In this document: one piece after another, positions 32,852 to 40,849 of the stretch | How the letters are laid out: every line of letters begins with the position of its first letter | Numbering within the stretch: position 1 is the stretch's first letter | Program-made: the position numbers and the translations under genes | NCBI GenBank assembly: GCA_036562195.1 | Contig: DATCKT010000160.1 | Coordinates: 1-43,061, forward strand | Length of the DNA stretch: 43,061 nt | From: Limnochordales bacterium | GTDB lineage: Bacteria > Bacillota > Limnochordia > Limnochordales > ZCTH02-B6 | Reading direction: 5' to 3' | Notes under the pieces: generated by a model | Told to the model about the DNA's origin: nothing | The model's input: the letters and a program-made list of their open reading frames with translations, nothing else | Database searches by the model: none

Positions 32852-34195
32852 CTAGGGGCGCGGTCCGTTGCGGTTGGCCTGCGCCACGGCAGTGACGGGG
32901 GCGCGGGTTTCCGTGTACCGGCTAGGCGGCACCGTCACCAGGGCGTCCACCGAGGGCCACAGCTGCTCGGCTTCCGCCCGCCGGCGAGCCAAGGCCGCGT
33001 CCCACCGGGTCTCGGCCCACTCGGCCAGCACCTCTTCGTACACGGCCGCGGTCCGGGCGGCGATGTGCTCCCACGCGCAGTGCTCCTGCACGTGGCGCAG
33101 GGCGTTGCGGCGCAGCTTGTCGGCCAGCCCCGGCGCCGAGAGCAGTGCGACCACGTTGTGGGCCAGGGATTCGGCGTTGCCCGGCAGCGCCAAAAGGCCG
33201 TTGTGGCCGTGACGGACGATCTCTTGGAAACCGCCGGTGGCGGTCACCACCACCGGCGTGCCGACCGCCATGGCCTCCAGCGCCACGATGCCGAAGGGTT
33301 CATACAGGCTGGGAAACACGGCCACCTGGGCGGTGCGGAGAAAGCGGTCCCGGTCCCTGTCGTTGGCATAGCCGTAGAAGGCAACCCGGTCGGCGACGCC
33401 TAGGCGGTGGGCCTGGGCCTCCAGATCGGGGCGGGCGGGACCCTCGCCGGCGATGACGAACCGCGTCGCCGGGTGGCGCTCGAGGATCCGCGGCACCGCA
33501 TCCAGCAGGACATGCACGCCTTTTTCAAACACGAGCCGGCCCAGGAAGAACACCAGCGCCTCATGGGGCTCGGCGAAGCGGACCCGGAACGCCGCGTCCT
33601 GCTCGGGATCTACAGGTTCCTCGGGCACCGTCACCCCGTTGGGCACGACCCGGATCTTGTCGGCCGGCAGCTGGAAGACGCGGCGCACTTCTTCTTCCAT
33701 AAAGCGGCTGCAGCAGATGACCCGCCACGCCTCGTAGGTGAGCCACCACTCCACGCTGCCGATGTGGCGCTGCAAGTCGTTGTGCAGGCCGTTGTTGCGC
33801 CCGTGCTCCGTGGCGTGGATGGTGGCCACCAGGGGCACCGCCAGCCCGTGTTTCAGCGCCTTGCCCGCGTACGCCGCCAGCCAGTCGTGCGCGTGCACCA
33901 GGTCAAATCGCCGCCCGCACACAAGCAGGTGCAGGGCCCGCTCCACCATTTCCAGGTTGAGGCGCATCACCCAGCCGGGGAAGTCCAGCGGCGCTGGCCC
34001 GTGAACCGGCAGCCGCAGCACCTCCACGCCCGCGTCCCACTCGTGGGTGTCCGCGCCGGGCGCCTCCTGGGTGAGCACGGTGACCCGGTGTCCCAGCTTG
34101 GCCAGGGCCCGGCTGAGATGGCACACGTGGCGGGCAAGCCCCCCGACGACCCGGGGCGGGTATTCCCACGAGAGCATCAAAATGTGCCGCGTCAT
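32852..34195 (-). CDS. GT4-family retaining glycosyltransferase (glycogen-synthase-like alpha-glucosyltransferase)
   Basis: Track ORF. N-terminal ILMLSWEYPPRVVGGLARHV and the EX7E region PSLYEPFGIVALEAMAVGTPVV. ATGA overlap with the upstream CBS gene. Confidence 0.85.
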   Translation of the reverse strand: MTRHILMLSWEYPPRVVGGLARHVCHLSRALAKLGHRVTVLTQEAPGADTHEWDAGVEVLRLPVHGPAPLDFPGWVMRLNLEMVERALHLLVCGRRFDLVHAHDWLAAYAGKALKHGLAVPLVATIHATEHGRNNGLHNDLQRHIGSVEWWLTYEAWRVICCSRFMEEEVRRVFQLPADKIRVVPNGVTVPEEPVDPEQDAAFRVRFAEPHEALVFFLGRLVFEKGVHVLLDAVPRILERHPATRFVIAGEGPARPDLEAQAHRLGVADRVAFYGYANDRDRDRFLRTAQVAVFPSLYEPFGIVALEAMAVGTPVVVTATGGFQEIVRHGHNGLLALPGNAESLAHNVVALLSAPGLADKLRRNALRHVQEHCAWEHIAARTAAVYEEVLAEWAETRWDAALARRRAEAEQLWPSVDALVTVPPSRYTETRAPVTAVAQANRNGPRP

Positions 34196-34650
34196 CCGCT
34201 CGTTTCCTCCTGGTACGATCCATGCGTGAACAAGCGCACCACGTCGATGCGGTCAATCATGCCCGCCAGCCGACCCCCCTCGACCACGGGCAGGTGGCGC
34301 AAGCCGTGTTCGGTGAGGAAGCCGATGACCTGCTCCAGCGGCGCGTCCGGCGCCACCGTGTGCACGGCGCGGGCCATGATGTCTTTGGCCCGCACGCCGG
34401 CGATCTCCCTGAGCACCTCTTGGTGCAGGCGCCTCGGGCGCAGGTAGAGGTCCACGTCCAGAAACCGCACCCGGTTGGGCACAAGCAGCCGCAGGAACTC
34501 GGCGGCGGTGATCATCCCCACCAGCCGCTCCCCGTCCACCACCGGCACGCCGTCGACCCGATGGCGCACCATCAACGCGGCCACGTCACCCAGGGCGGTG
34601 TCTGGGGCGGCCGTCACCACCGCGGTCTGCATGAACTCCCGGACGATCAT
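34192..34650 (-). CDS. Stand-alone CBS-pair (Bateman domain) protein
   Basis: Track ORF 34192..34656 (TTG start). ATG 34650, with GGAGG 6 nt upstream, is the preferred start. Two CBS motifs (...VDGVPVVDGERLVGMITAAEF... and ...LRHLPVVEGGRLAGMIDRIDV...). Confidence 0.8.
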   Translation of the reverse strand: MIVREFMQTAVVTAAPDTALGDVAALMVRHRVDGVPVVDGERLVGMITAAEFLRLLVPNRVRFLDVDLYLRPRRLHQEVLREIAGVRAKDIMARAVHTVAPDAPLEQVIGFLTEHGLRHLPVVEGGRLAGMIDRIDVVRLFTHGSYQEETSG

Positions 34651-36910
34651 CGGCAACCTCCAGTTCCTCCGCCCACACCCGCAGCCACTCGGCGACGCTC
34701 CACGCCTGGGCGAAGCAGCCCCGGGGAACGTGCGGCGGGTCGCCGTCGAAGATCTCGGACACCTGCCCCAGCGCGCCCTCGCACCGCAAGTGGTGGCGCA
34801 GGGGTTCCAGCCGGACGCGGGCGGCGGCCACGGTCTCGGGCGTTCGCCCGTGACAGCGGAGAAACCCGCTGATGAAGGGACCCAGCAGCCAGGGCCAGAC
34901 CGTGCCCTGGTGATAGGCGGCGTCCCGCTGCCACTGGTCGCCCGTGTATCGCCCGCGGTACTCGGGGTCGCCGGGAGCCAGCGTACGCAACCCCACCGGT
35001 GTCAGCAAATCCCGTGCCACCCGTTCGAGGATGGCCCGCCCCCTGCGCCTCCCTACCACGGGAAAGGGCAGCGCTAGGGCCAGCAGTTGGTTGGGACGCA
35101 GCGGTTCGTGGGCGGGCGCACGGGCGGAGCCGGCTTGGGCGACGGCCGTAGGCTCCGCCCCGGCCCAAGAACCGGTGTCTTGGACCACGTCCCGCAGCCA
35201 CCCGTCGGGATGGGCGAACCGCCGGAGGAAACTGCGGCGGGCCGCTGCGGCCAGCCGTCCCCACTGGCCCGCGTCAGGACGGCCACACCTTCCCGCTAGG
35301 GTTTCCACCGCCCGCAGGGCGTTATACCACAGCGCATTGATCTCCACCGCCGCCCCCATGCGCGGCGTCACCACCCAGTCGCCCACCTTGGCGTCCATCC
35401 ACGTGAGCTGCACCCCCGGGTGCCCGGCGTAGACCAGTCCGTCGGAACCCACGTGGATGCCGTAGGCCGTGCCCCGTAGGTAATGCTGGAGAATGTCCGC
35501 GGCCGCAGGCAGCAGCTCGGCGCGGGTGGTAACGGTGTCACCCGTGGCGCACCAGTACTTCCACACCGCGTACACGAACCACAGCGAAGCGTCGGCCGCG
35601 TTGTAGGCGGCCGGTTCGCCGCCCCCCTCCCCGTGGTCGGCGAACCGGTTGGGCACCAGGCCCTCCCGCCGGTGGGCGGCGAACGTCAAGAGCACCTCCC
35701 GGGCCGCTTGGTGCCGGCCAGTGCACAAAAGCAGGCCCGGCAGGCTGATCATGGCGTCGCGGCCCCAATCGGTGAACCACGGGTAGCCGGCGATCAGCGT
35801 CGCTGCACGCGTCGTCCGCCGCCAGGCGACAAAGTCGTCGGCGGCCAGCGCCAGCCGCTGCCCATCGGGATCGCCCCCGGGTGCGGCCGCGGCCAGGCGG
35901 CGGCGGCGGTCCGCCGCCGCGCCGTAGGCGGCCTCCGCCCACACAAAGAGAGCCGCGGGCCCGTCGTGCCAAGGCGGGGCCGGTGCCCCGTCCCCGGGGG
36001 CTTCCTGCGGCTCCGGACGCGGGCAGTACCCGACGAGCACCGCGCTGTCGCCGCACCCTGCGAGCCGGATGTGAAAGGCGCCGGGACAGAAATGGTCTTC
36101 CACGTGATCCAGGCCCCGTTCGGCTTCCCACGCGTAGTGGAAGTTGTAATACCAAAGGCCGCCGGGGTCGTAGCGGGCACGGCCATCGGGCGCGCTGTCG
36201 CCGGCGCTGCCTGGACTGCCGGCCGCGAGGACCAGCGGCGGTGCGCCGGGGTATGCCGTGACGCGGGTTCCATACGGGAGGGTCTCCTGCCGGAACTCCC
36301 ACCCGGTGGCCCGAACGGTGTGATGGTAGTCCCGGCAATTGATGAAGGGCTTGAGCACCAGCTCCACGGAAGGGCCCGCCAGCAGGCGGTAGCGGGCCAC
36401 CGTCGCGTTTTGGCCCCGGACCATGAACAAGGTCCGCTCCACCAGCACGCCGTCCACGCTCCACAGCCACGTGGGGAACGGGTACAGCCGCCAAGACACG
36501 AGCCGCCGCCAGCCGTCGGGGTGCAGGAGGCCGCCGTAGTCGTGGTTGGCCAGGGGCCATTGACCCGCGGGCGTCCGCAGCCACTCCTCGGCGCCGGCCC
36601 ACAGCAGCCGGCGGTCCACGGGGGGCGCGAGGGCGGCGATGAGCCAGCCGTGGTAGCGGCGGGACGCCGCGCCCAAGACAGTGCCGCAGGCGAACCCGCC
36701 AAGGCCGTTGGTCACCAGCCATTCGGGCTGCTCGTGCAGGCTTGTCCCCGCTGCGGGCCGCCAGTGAATCTGTGCCTGCTCCCACAAGTCAGGAGTCCGC
36801 TCCCATTCCCCGGGCCAGCGCCCGTCCATAGGGTGAGGTCCGGAGGGACAGCGCAGGATGACGGTTTCGCCCGAGCAGTTCCAGCGGCGGGTGCGGGTGC
36901 GTTTGCCCAT
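34586..36910 (-). CDS. Amylo-alpha-1,6-glucosidase / archaeal-type glycogen debranching enzyme (GDE_N + GDE_C)
   Basis: Track ORF. EWLVTNGLGGFACGTV...RRYHGWL N-domain and IAGYPWFTDWGRDAMISLPGL catalytic-domain motif. The start is uncertain (ATG 36910 or ATG 36829; neither has a good RBS). The 3' end overlaps the CBS gene by about 65 nt. Confidence 0.85.
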   Translation of the reverse strand: MGKRTRTRRWNCSGETVILRCPSGPHPMDGRWPGEWERTPDLWEQAQIHWRPAAGTSLHEQPEWLVTNGLGGFACGTVLGAASRRYHGWLIAALAPPVDRRLLWAGAEEWLRTPAGQWPLANHDYGGLLHPDGWRRLVSWRLYPFPTWLWSVDGVLVERTLFMVRGQNATVARYRLLAGPSVELVLKPFINCRDYHHTVRATGWEFRQETLPYGTRVTAYPGAPPLVLAAGSPGSAGDSAPDGRARYDPGGLWYYNFHYAWEAERGLDHVEDHFCPGAFHIRLAGCGDSAVLVGYCPRPEPQEAPGDGAPAPPWHDGPAALFVWAEAAYGAAADRRRRLAAAAPGGDPDGQRLALAADDFVAWRRTTRAATLIAGYPWFTDWGRDAMISLPGLLLCTGRHQAAREVLLTFAAHRREGLVPNRFADHGEGGGEPAAYNAADASLWFVYAVWKYWCATGDTVTTRAELLPAAADILQHYLRGTAYGIHVGSDGLVYAGHPGVQLTWMDAKVGDWVVTPRMGAAVEINALWYNALRAVETLAGRCGRPDAGQWGRLAAAARRSFLRRFAHPDGWLRDVVQDTGSWAGAEPTAVAQAGSARAPAHEPLRPNQLLALALPFPVVGRRRGRAILERVARDLLTPVGLRTLAPGDPEYRGRYTGDQWQRDAAYHQGTVWPWLLGPFISGFLRCHGRTPETVAAARVRLEPLRHHLRCEGALGQVSEIFDGDPPHVPRGCFAQAWSVAEWLRVWAEELEVADDRPGVHADRGGDGRPRHRPG

Positions 36911-37119
36911 CGCCGACCGCTACTTGGCCGGAGGCGACGAAGCCGCCGCGGCCGAACGCGACCTGGAGCGGGCCTTTGCCCGGCCGATCCTGCGCGTGAC
37001 CATCGCCCCCGCCGACGGCGGTACCGCGGGCGCCGCCGGCCCGCCCACCTCTAGCATGCCAACGCCCCCGCCTTTCATGAGCGCCGCCAGCCCCCACGAC
37101 CCCTCGTCCAACGGCGCTC

Positions 37120-38163
37120 TCAGCGGCGGGAACCTAGCCGCGCCCGGCGCCACCACGCCGTCGCGCCCAGCATCACGAAGAGAAGCCCAGCCGCCCCCAA
37201 CACCGGCGTCGCCCAGGCCATCGCCGCCCGCCCTCCGCCTACGGGATGAATCAGGGCAGGGACCGCCGGCCCGCCGGCCGGCGCCGTAAAGGAACCCAGC
37301 TGCCGCGCTTGGTTGGGCCAAAAGCGGGGCGCCAGGAGGTCGATGACCTGCGGCACCGCCCCGGCGTCGTCGCCGCCGCCGAAGCTCCACTCGGTGGCCA
37401 CCGCCCGCACCGGACGATACCCGTCCTCGCCGAAGGGGTCGAACCCTCCCACCAGGACGTAGTACCGCCATGAGGGCTGGGGCGTGCCCAAGACGTCCTG
37501 CGGCACCGACGCGCGAATCGTGCGGCCGTCGGCCACGAGGCCCGCGGCCAGCCCGTCGGTCCACCCGGGTTCATCGGGCCCATCCCCGGCGCGATGCAGG
37601 CGCGTGCCGCCAAAGGGCGCGACCCGCAACCGCACGTCCCAAGCATGGTTCGGATCGAACCGCACCCGGGGGCCGGGGCGCAGCGGGCCGGTGTGCCCCG
37701 CGCCGGGGGTGGTGTCGATGTAGATGTCGATGAGCTGGTGGTGAAAGCCTTCGGGCGCGTCCCAGGGGTTGACCATGGCCCGGAACGTGAGGTCGAAATG
37801 CACGTGGTGCCCGCCGGTGCGGACCGCAAACGAGGTGAGGTCGAACAAGCCGGGCACAAAGGTGTGGTGGCCGGGATAGCGGTACCCGCCCGGGCCGCGG
37901 TCGTCCCCGACAGGGTCGTTCATCTGAAACACCGTTTTCTGCTGAGCCGGGGCGGTGTCCGCCAACGTGGGGACGCCGTCGGGCTGCCGGCGCCCGCCGG
38001 GATCCCAGATCCCCGCCGCGGCCGCCAGCATCACCGCCGCGACGCCCACACCCAGCGCTATGGCGGCCCACGAGATCGCGGGCCAGCGCCCGCTTCGCCG
38101 CCGGCGAAGCGTCGGCCGGCCCCGCTTCGCCCACCGCCCGCCACCGGGGCGTCCCGCCAACAC
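37120..38163 (-). CDS. Membrane-anchored protein with a glucodextranase C-terminal binding-module-like (Glucodextran_C) domain
   Basis: Track ORF 37120..38250 trimmed to GTG 38163, which has a GGGAGGGG RBS 5 nt upstream. N-terminal Arg-rich segment plus TM helix. Core NDPVGDDRGPGGYRYPGHHTFVPGLFDLTSFAV...NPWDAPEGFHHQLIDIYID. C-terminal TM helix plus RRARLGSRR tail. Confidence 0.7.
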   Translation of the reverse strand: MLAGRPGGGRWAKRGRPTLRRRRSGRWPAISWAAIALGVGVAAVMLAAAAGIWDPGGRRQPDGVPTLADTAPAQQKTVFQMNDPVGDDRGPGGYRYPGHHTFVPGLFDLTSFAVRTGGHHVHFDLTFRAMVNPWDAPEGFHHQLIDIYIDTTPGAGHTGPLRPGPRVRFDPNHAWDVRLRVAPFGGTRLHRAGDGPDEPGWTDGLAAGLVADGRTIRASVPQDVLGTPQPSWRYYVLVGGFDPFGEDGYRPVRAVATEWSFGGGDDAGAVPQVIDLLAPRFWPNQARQLGSFTAPAGGPAVPALIHPVGGGRAAMAWATPVLGAAGLLFVMLGATAWWRRARLGSRR

Positions 38164-38312
38164 GCCGACCCCTCCCGGAGTCGTTCCTATGCGACGCGGA
38201 CGCCCCGCATGCCCCGAGGACGCGACACGGCGGGGGCGGGCATCCGGCACACCCGCCGCACGCCCCGCATGCCGCGGGACAGGGCAGCGCGGCGCTGGGA
38301 AGGCTGGAGCGG

Positions 38313-38372
38313 TCAGAACGGACGAGGCGGCCAGAACGGGCTGTGGGCAGCCAAGAACGGGCAGTGGGCGAG
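38313..38372. repeat. Three imperfect direct repeats containing AGAACGG, spaced 18-21 bp apart
   Basis: tCAGAACGGacgaggcgg / cCAGAACGGGCtGTGGGCag / cCAAGAACGGGCaGTGGGCgag. They lie in the gap between the hemC stop and the next gene. Confidence 0.6.
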
Positions 38373-38391
38373 GACAGGCGCGTGAAGGGCG

Positions 38392-39498
38392 TCACGGGCT
38401 CCGCCGGGCCAAAAGCTCTGCCGCCCCTTGCGCCAGCAACCGGTCGGCCACCGCGCGGGCCAGATCGCGCGCCGCTTCCTCGGCGGCCGCCACCGCCTCC
38501 TCCCAATCCGGTGAGGCAGCGGCCCGGCCATGGCCGGGCATCGGGGCATGCGCGGCCTTCTGCACCAGGGCTGGCGCGGGCCGGCTATGGCCGGTAACGA
38601 TAAGGCGGGTCCCCTCCGGATCTGCGACGGAGGCCTGCAAGTGCAGGCGGCGGGCCGGGCCTTCCCCTTGCCAGACGGCCAGGGCTCCGATGGGCACGTG
38701 GCAGCCGCCTCCCAACCGAGCCAGAAGTTCCCGCTCGGCCGTCACCGCGACGCGCACGTGCGGGTCATCGATGAGGGCCACGGCCGCCCGCGCCTCGGCG
38801 TCATCCGCCCGCACCTGCACCGCCAGCGCCCCTTGGCCCGGCGCCGGCAGGCAATGTTCCGGCGCGAGGGGCTGGACCCGGTCATCCCACAAGCCCAGGC
38901 GGCGCAAGCCGGCCGCGGCCAGTACCACCGCGTCCAATCCTTCGGACTGCAGCTTGCGCAGGCGGGTGTCGACGTTGCCCCGGATAGGCACGAAGGTCAG
39001 GTCGGGCCGCCAATGGCGCAGGTGGGCGATGCGGCGGGGCGAGCCGGTCCCTATCCGGCCCCCGGACGGCAGGAAGGGCAACGGCCGGCTGGCGGCGCCG
39101 GCCGCCCGCCCACGGTCGGGATTGGGAGTGCCCGGCCCACCGCTGGCGGTGCGGGCTACGACCGCCACGTCGCGCGCGTCGTCCCGCACAGGGTAGGCGG
39201 CCAGCACCAGGTCGGGCGGCTGCTCGCCGGGCAAGTCCTTCAAGCTATGGACGGCCACGTCCACTTCGCCCCGGCGCAGGGCCTCCTCGACGGCGCGCAC
39301 AAAGACGCCCCGCTGGCCGAAGCGGGCCAGCGGGGTTTCCCGATCGAGGTCGCCCTCCGTGCGGATTTCCCGCAAGGTCAACCGCAATGGCAGGTTGTAC
39401 TGACGGGCCGCCGCCTCCAGCTGCTCCATGACCCAGCGCGCCTGCCAGACGGCAAGGGGGCTGGGGCGAGTGCCCACCACCAGTTCCCGCGGCTGCAA
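38392..39498 (-). CDS. hemC: Porphobilinogen deaminase (hydroxymethylbilane synthase)
   Basis: Track ORF. TTG start with a GGGGAGGGG RBS. GTRPSPLAVWQA, GTGSPRR, and the cofactor Cys in GGGCHVPIG. Carries low-complexity insertions. Confidence 0.92.
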   Translation of the reverse strand: MQPRELVVGTRPSPLAVWQARWVMEQLEAAARQYNLPLRLTLREIRTEGDLDRETPLARFGQRGVFVRAVEEALRRGEVDVAVHSLKDLPGEQPPDLVLAAYPVRDDARDVAVVARTASGGPGTPNPDRGRAAGAASRPLPFLPSGGRIGTGSPRRIAHLRHWRPDLTFVPIRGNVDTRLRKLQSEGLDAVVLAAAGLRRLGLWDDRVQPLAPEHCLPAPGQGALAVQVRADDAEARAAVALIDDPHVRVAVTAERELLARLGGGCHVPIGALAVWQGEGPARRLHLQASVADPEGTRLIVTGHSRPAPALVQKAAHAPMPGHGRAAASPDWEEAVAAAEEAARDLARAVADRLLAQGAAELLARRSP

Positions 39499-39525
39499 TG
39501 GACCGAACCCCTCCCCGCCCCGCCG

Positions 39526-40830
39526 TTAGCCGAACCGCCGCTGGGCGGTGGCCTGCAGTTCCCGATCTACGCCGAAGAGCTGCGCCGCCGTATCAGCGAA
39601 CCGCCAACCCTCCGGCGAGTGGGCCTGCTCCTTGAGGCGCACCATCGGCTCGTGCAAGAGCTTGTTGACGATGGCCGCGCTCATGGCCCGGATCCGTTCT
39701 TTGTCCGCCTCCGGCAAGTGATCCAGGCGGCGGAGCACCTTGTCCAGCTCCTGGGTGCGGATCTCCTCGGCTCGCCGGCGGAGCACCGCGATGACGGGCG
39801 CCACCGCCCGCTGGCCGTACCAGGCCCAGAACTCCCGCACTTCCTCATCGACGATGGCTTCGGCCTGGTCCATCCGCTGGCGCCGCTCCGCCAGCGTCGA
39901 GTCCACCACCGCGTACAAATCGTCCACGTTATAAACATACACGCCCGGCAGTTCCTGCACCGCCGGGTCCACGTCCCGGGGCACGGCCAGGTCAATGAAG
40001 TACAGCGGGCGGCCGCGGCGCCGCTCCAAGACCCCTCGCACCAGGGCCGCGTCGATGATGGGCTCGGGAGCGCCGGTGGAACTGATGACGAGGTCGGCCG
40101 CGGCCAGGCCGTCGGCCAGCGCGGTCAGCGGCAGCTCCGACCAGCCGTAGCTTTGGGCCAGCTGCGACGCCCGCTCCAAGGTGCGGTTCGCGATCCGCAC
40201 CCGCGCCGGGCCCTTCCGGGCCAAGTGGCGGGCCACCAGCTCCGCCACCTTGCCGGCGCCCACCAGCAGCACCTCTTTTTCGGCCAAGGAGGGGATGAGC
40301 CGGGCCGCGAGCTTGACGGCGGCGTGGCTGATGGACGCCGCTCCTTCCCCGATGGCCGTTTCGGCCCGGGCCCGTTTGCCCGCCCGCAGCGCCGCCTCAA
40401 ACAGGCGCGTCACATGGGCGCCCGCGGTGCCCGCCTGCTGGGCCAGGCGCAGGGCGGCGCGGACTTGGCCCAGGATCTGGGCTTCACCGATGAGCATGGA
40501 ATCCAAGCCGGCCGCCACCCTGGCCAGATGGCGAGCCGCGGCCACGCCGCTGTAGTGGTACAAGTACGGCAGGACGGCCTCGCGGGGCTGTCCCGCAAAG
40601 GCGCACAGGAACCCCACCACCGCCTCCCGCGCCTGCTCATGGTCGTCGGCCGCGACGTACACTTCCGTCCGGTTGCAGGTGGAGAGGATGGCTGCTTCGG
40701 AGAGCGCGGCGGCACCGGCCAGGCGCCGCAAATGTACGGGCACCTGGTCGGGTCCAAACGCCAGCCGCTCGCGCACCGCCACAGGGGCGGACTTGTGGTT
40801 GAGGCCGACCAAGATGATGTGCATGTCCAA
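39526..40830 (-). CDS. hemA: Glutamyl-tRNA reductase
   Basis: Track ORF. LVGLNHKSAPVAVRE, catalytic Cys in STCNRTEVY, NADPH site LLVGAGKVAE. The start may be ATG 40824. Confidence 0.95.
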   Translation of the reverse strand: MDMHIILVGLNHKSAPVAVRERLAFGPDQVPVHLRRLAGAAALSEAAILSTCNRTEVYVAADDHEQAREAVVGFLCAFAGQPREAVLPYLYHYSGVAAARHLARVAAGLDSMLIGEAQILGQVRAALRLAQQAGTAGAHVTRLFEAALRAGKRARAETAIGEGAASISHAAVKLAARLIPSLAEKEVLLVGAGKVAELVARHLARKGPARVRIANRTLERASQLAQSYGWSELPLTALADGLAAADLVISSTGAPEPIIDAALVRGVLERRRGRPLYFIDLAVPRDVDPAVQELPGVYVYNVDDLYAVVDSTLAERRQRMDQAEAIVDEEVREFWAWYGQRAVAPVIAVLRRRAEEIRTQELDKVLRRLDHLPEADKERIRAMSAAIVNKLLHEPMVRLKEQAHSPEGWRFADTAAQLFGVDRELQATAQRRFG

Positions 40831-40849
40831 CAGTTATTCTACCACGTCG

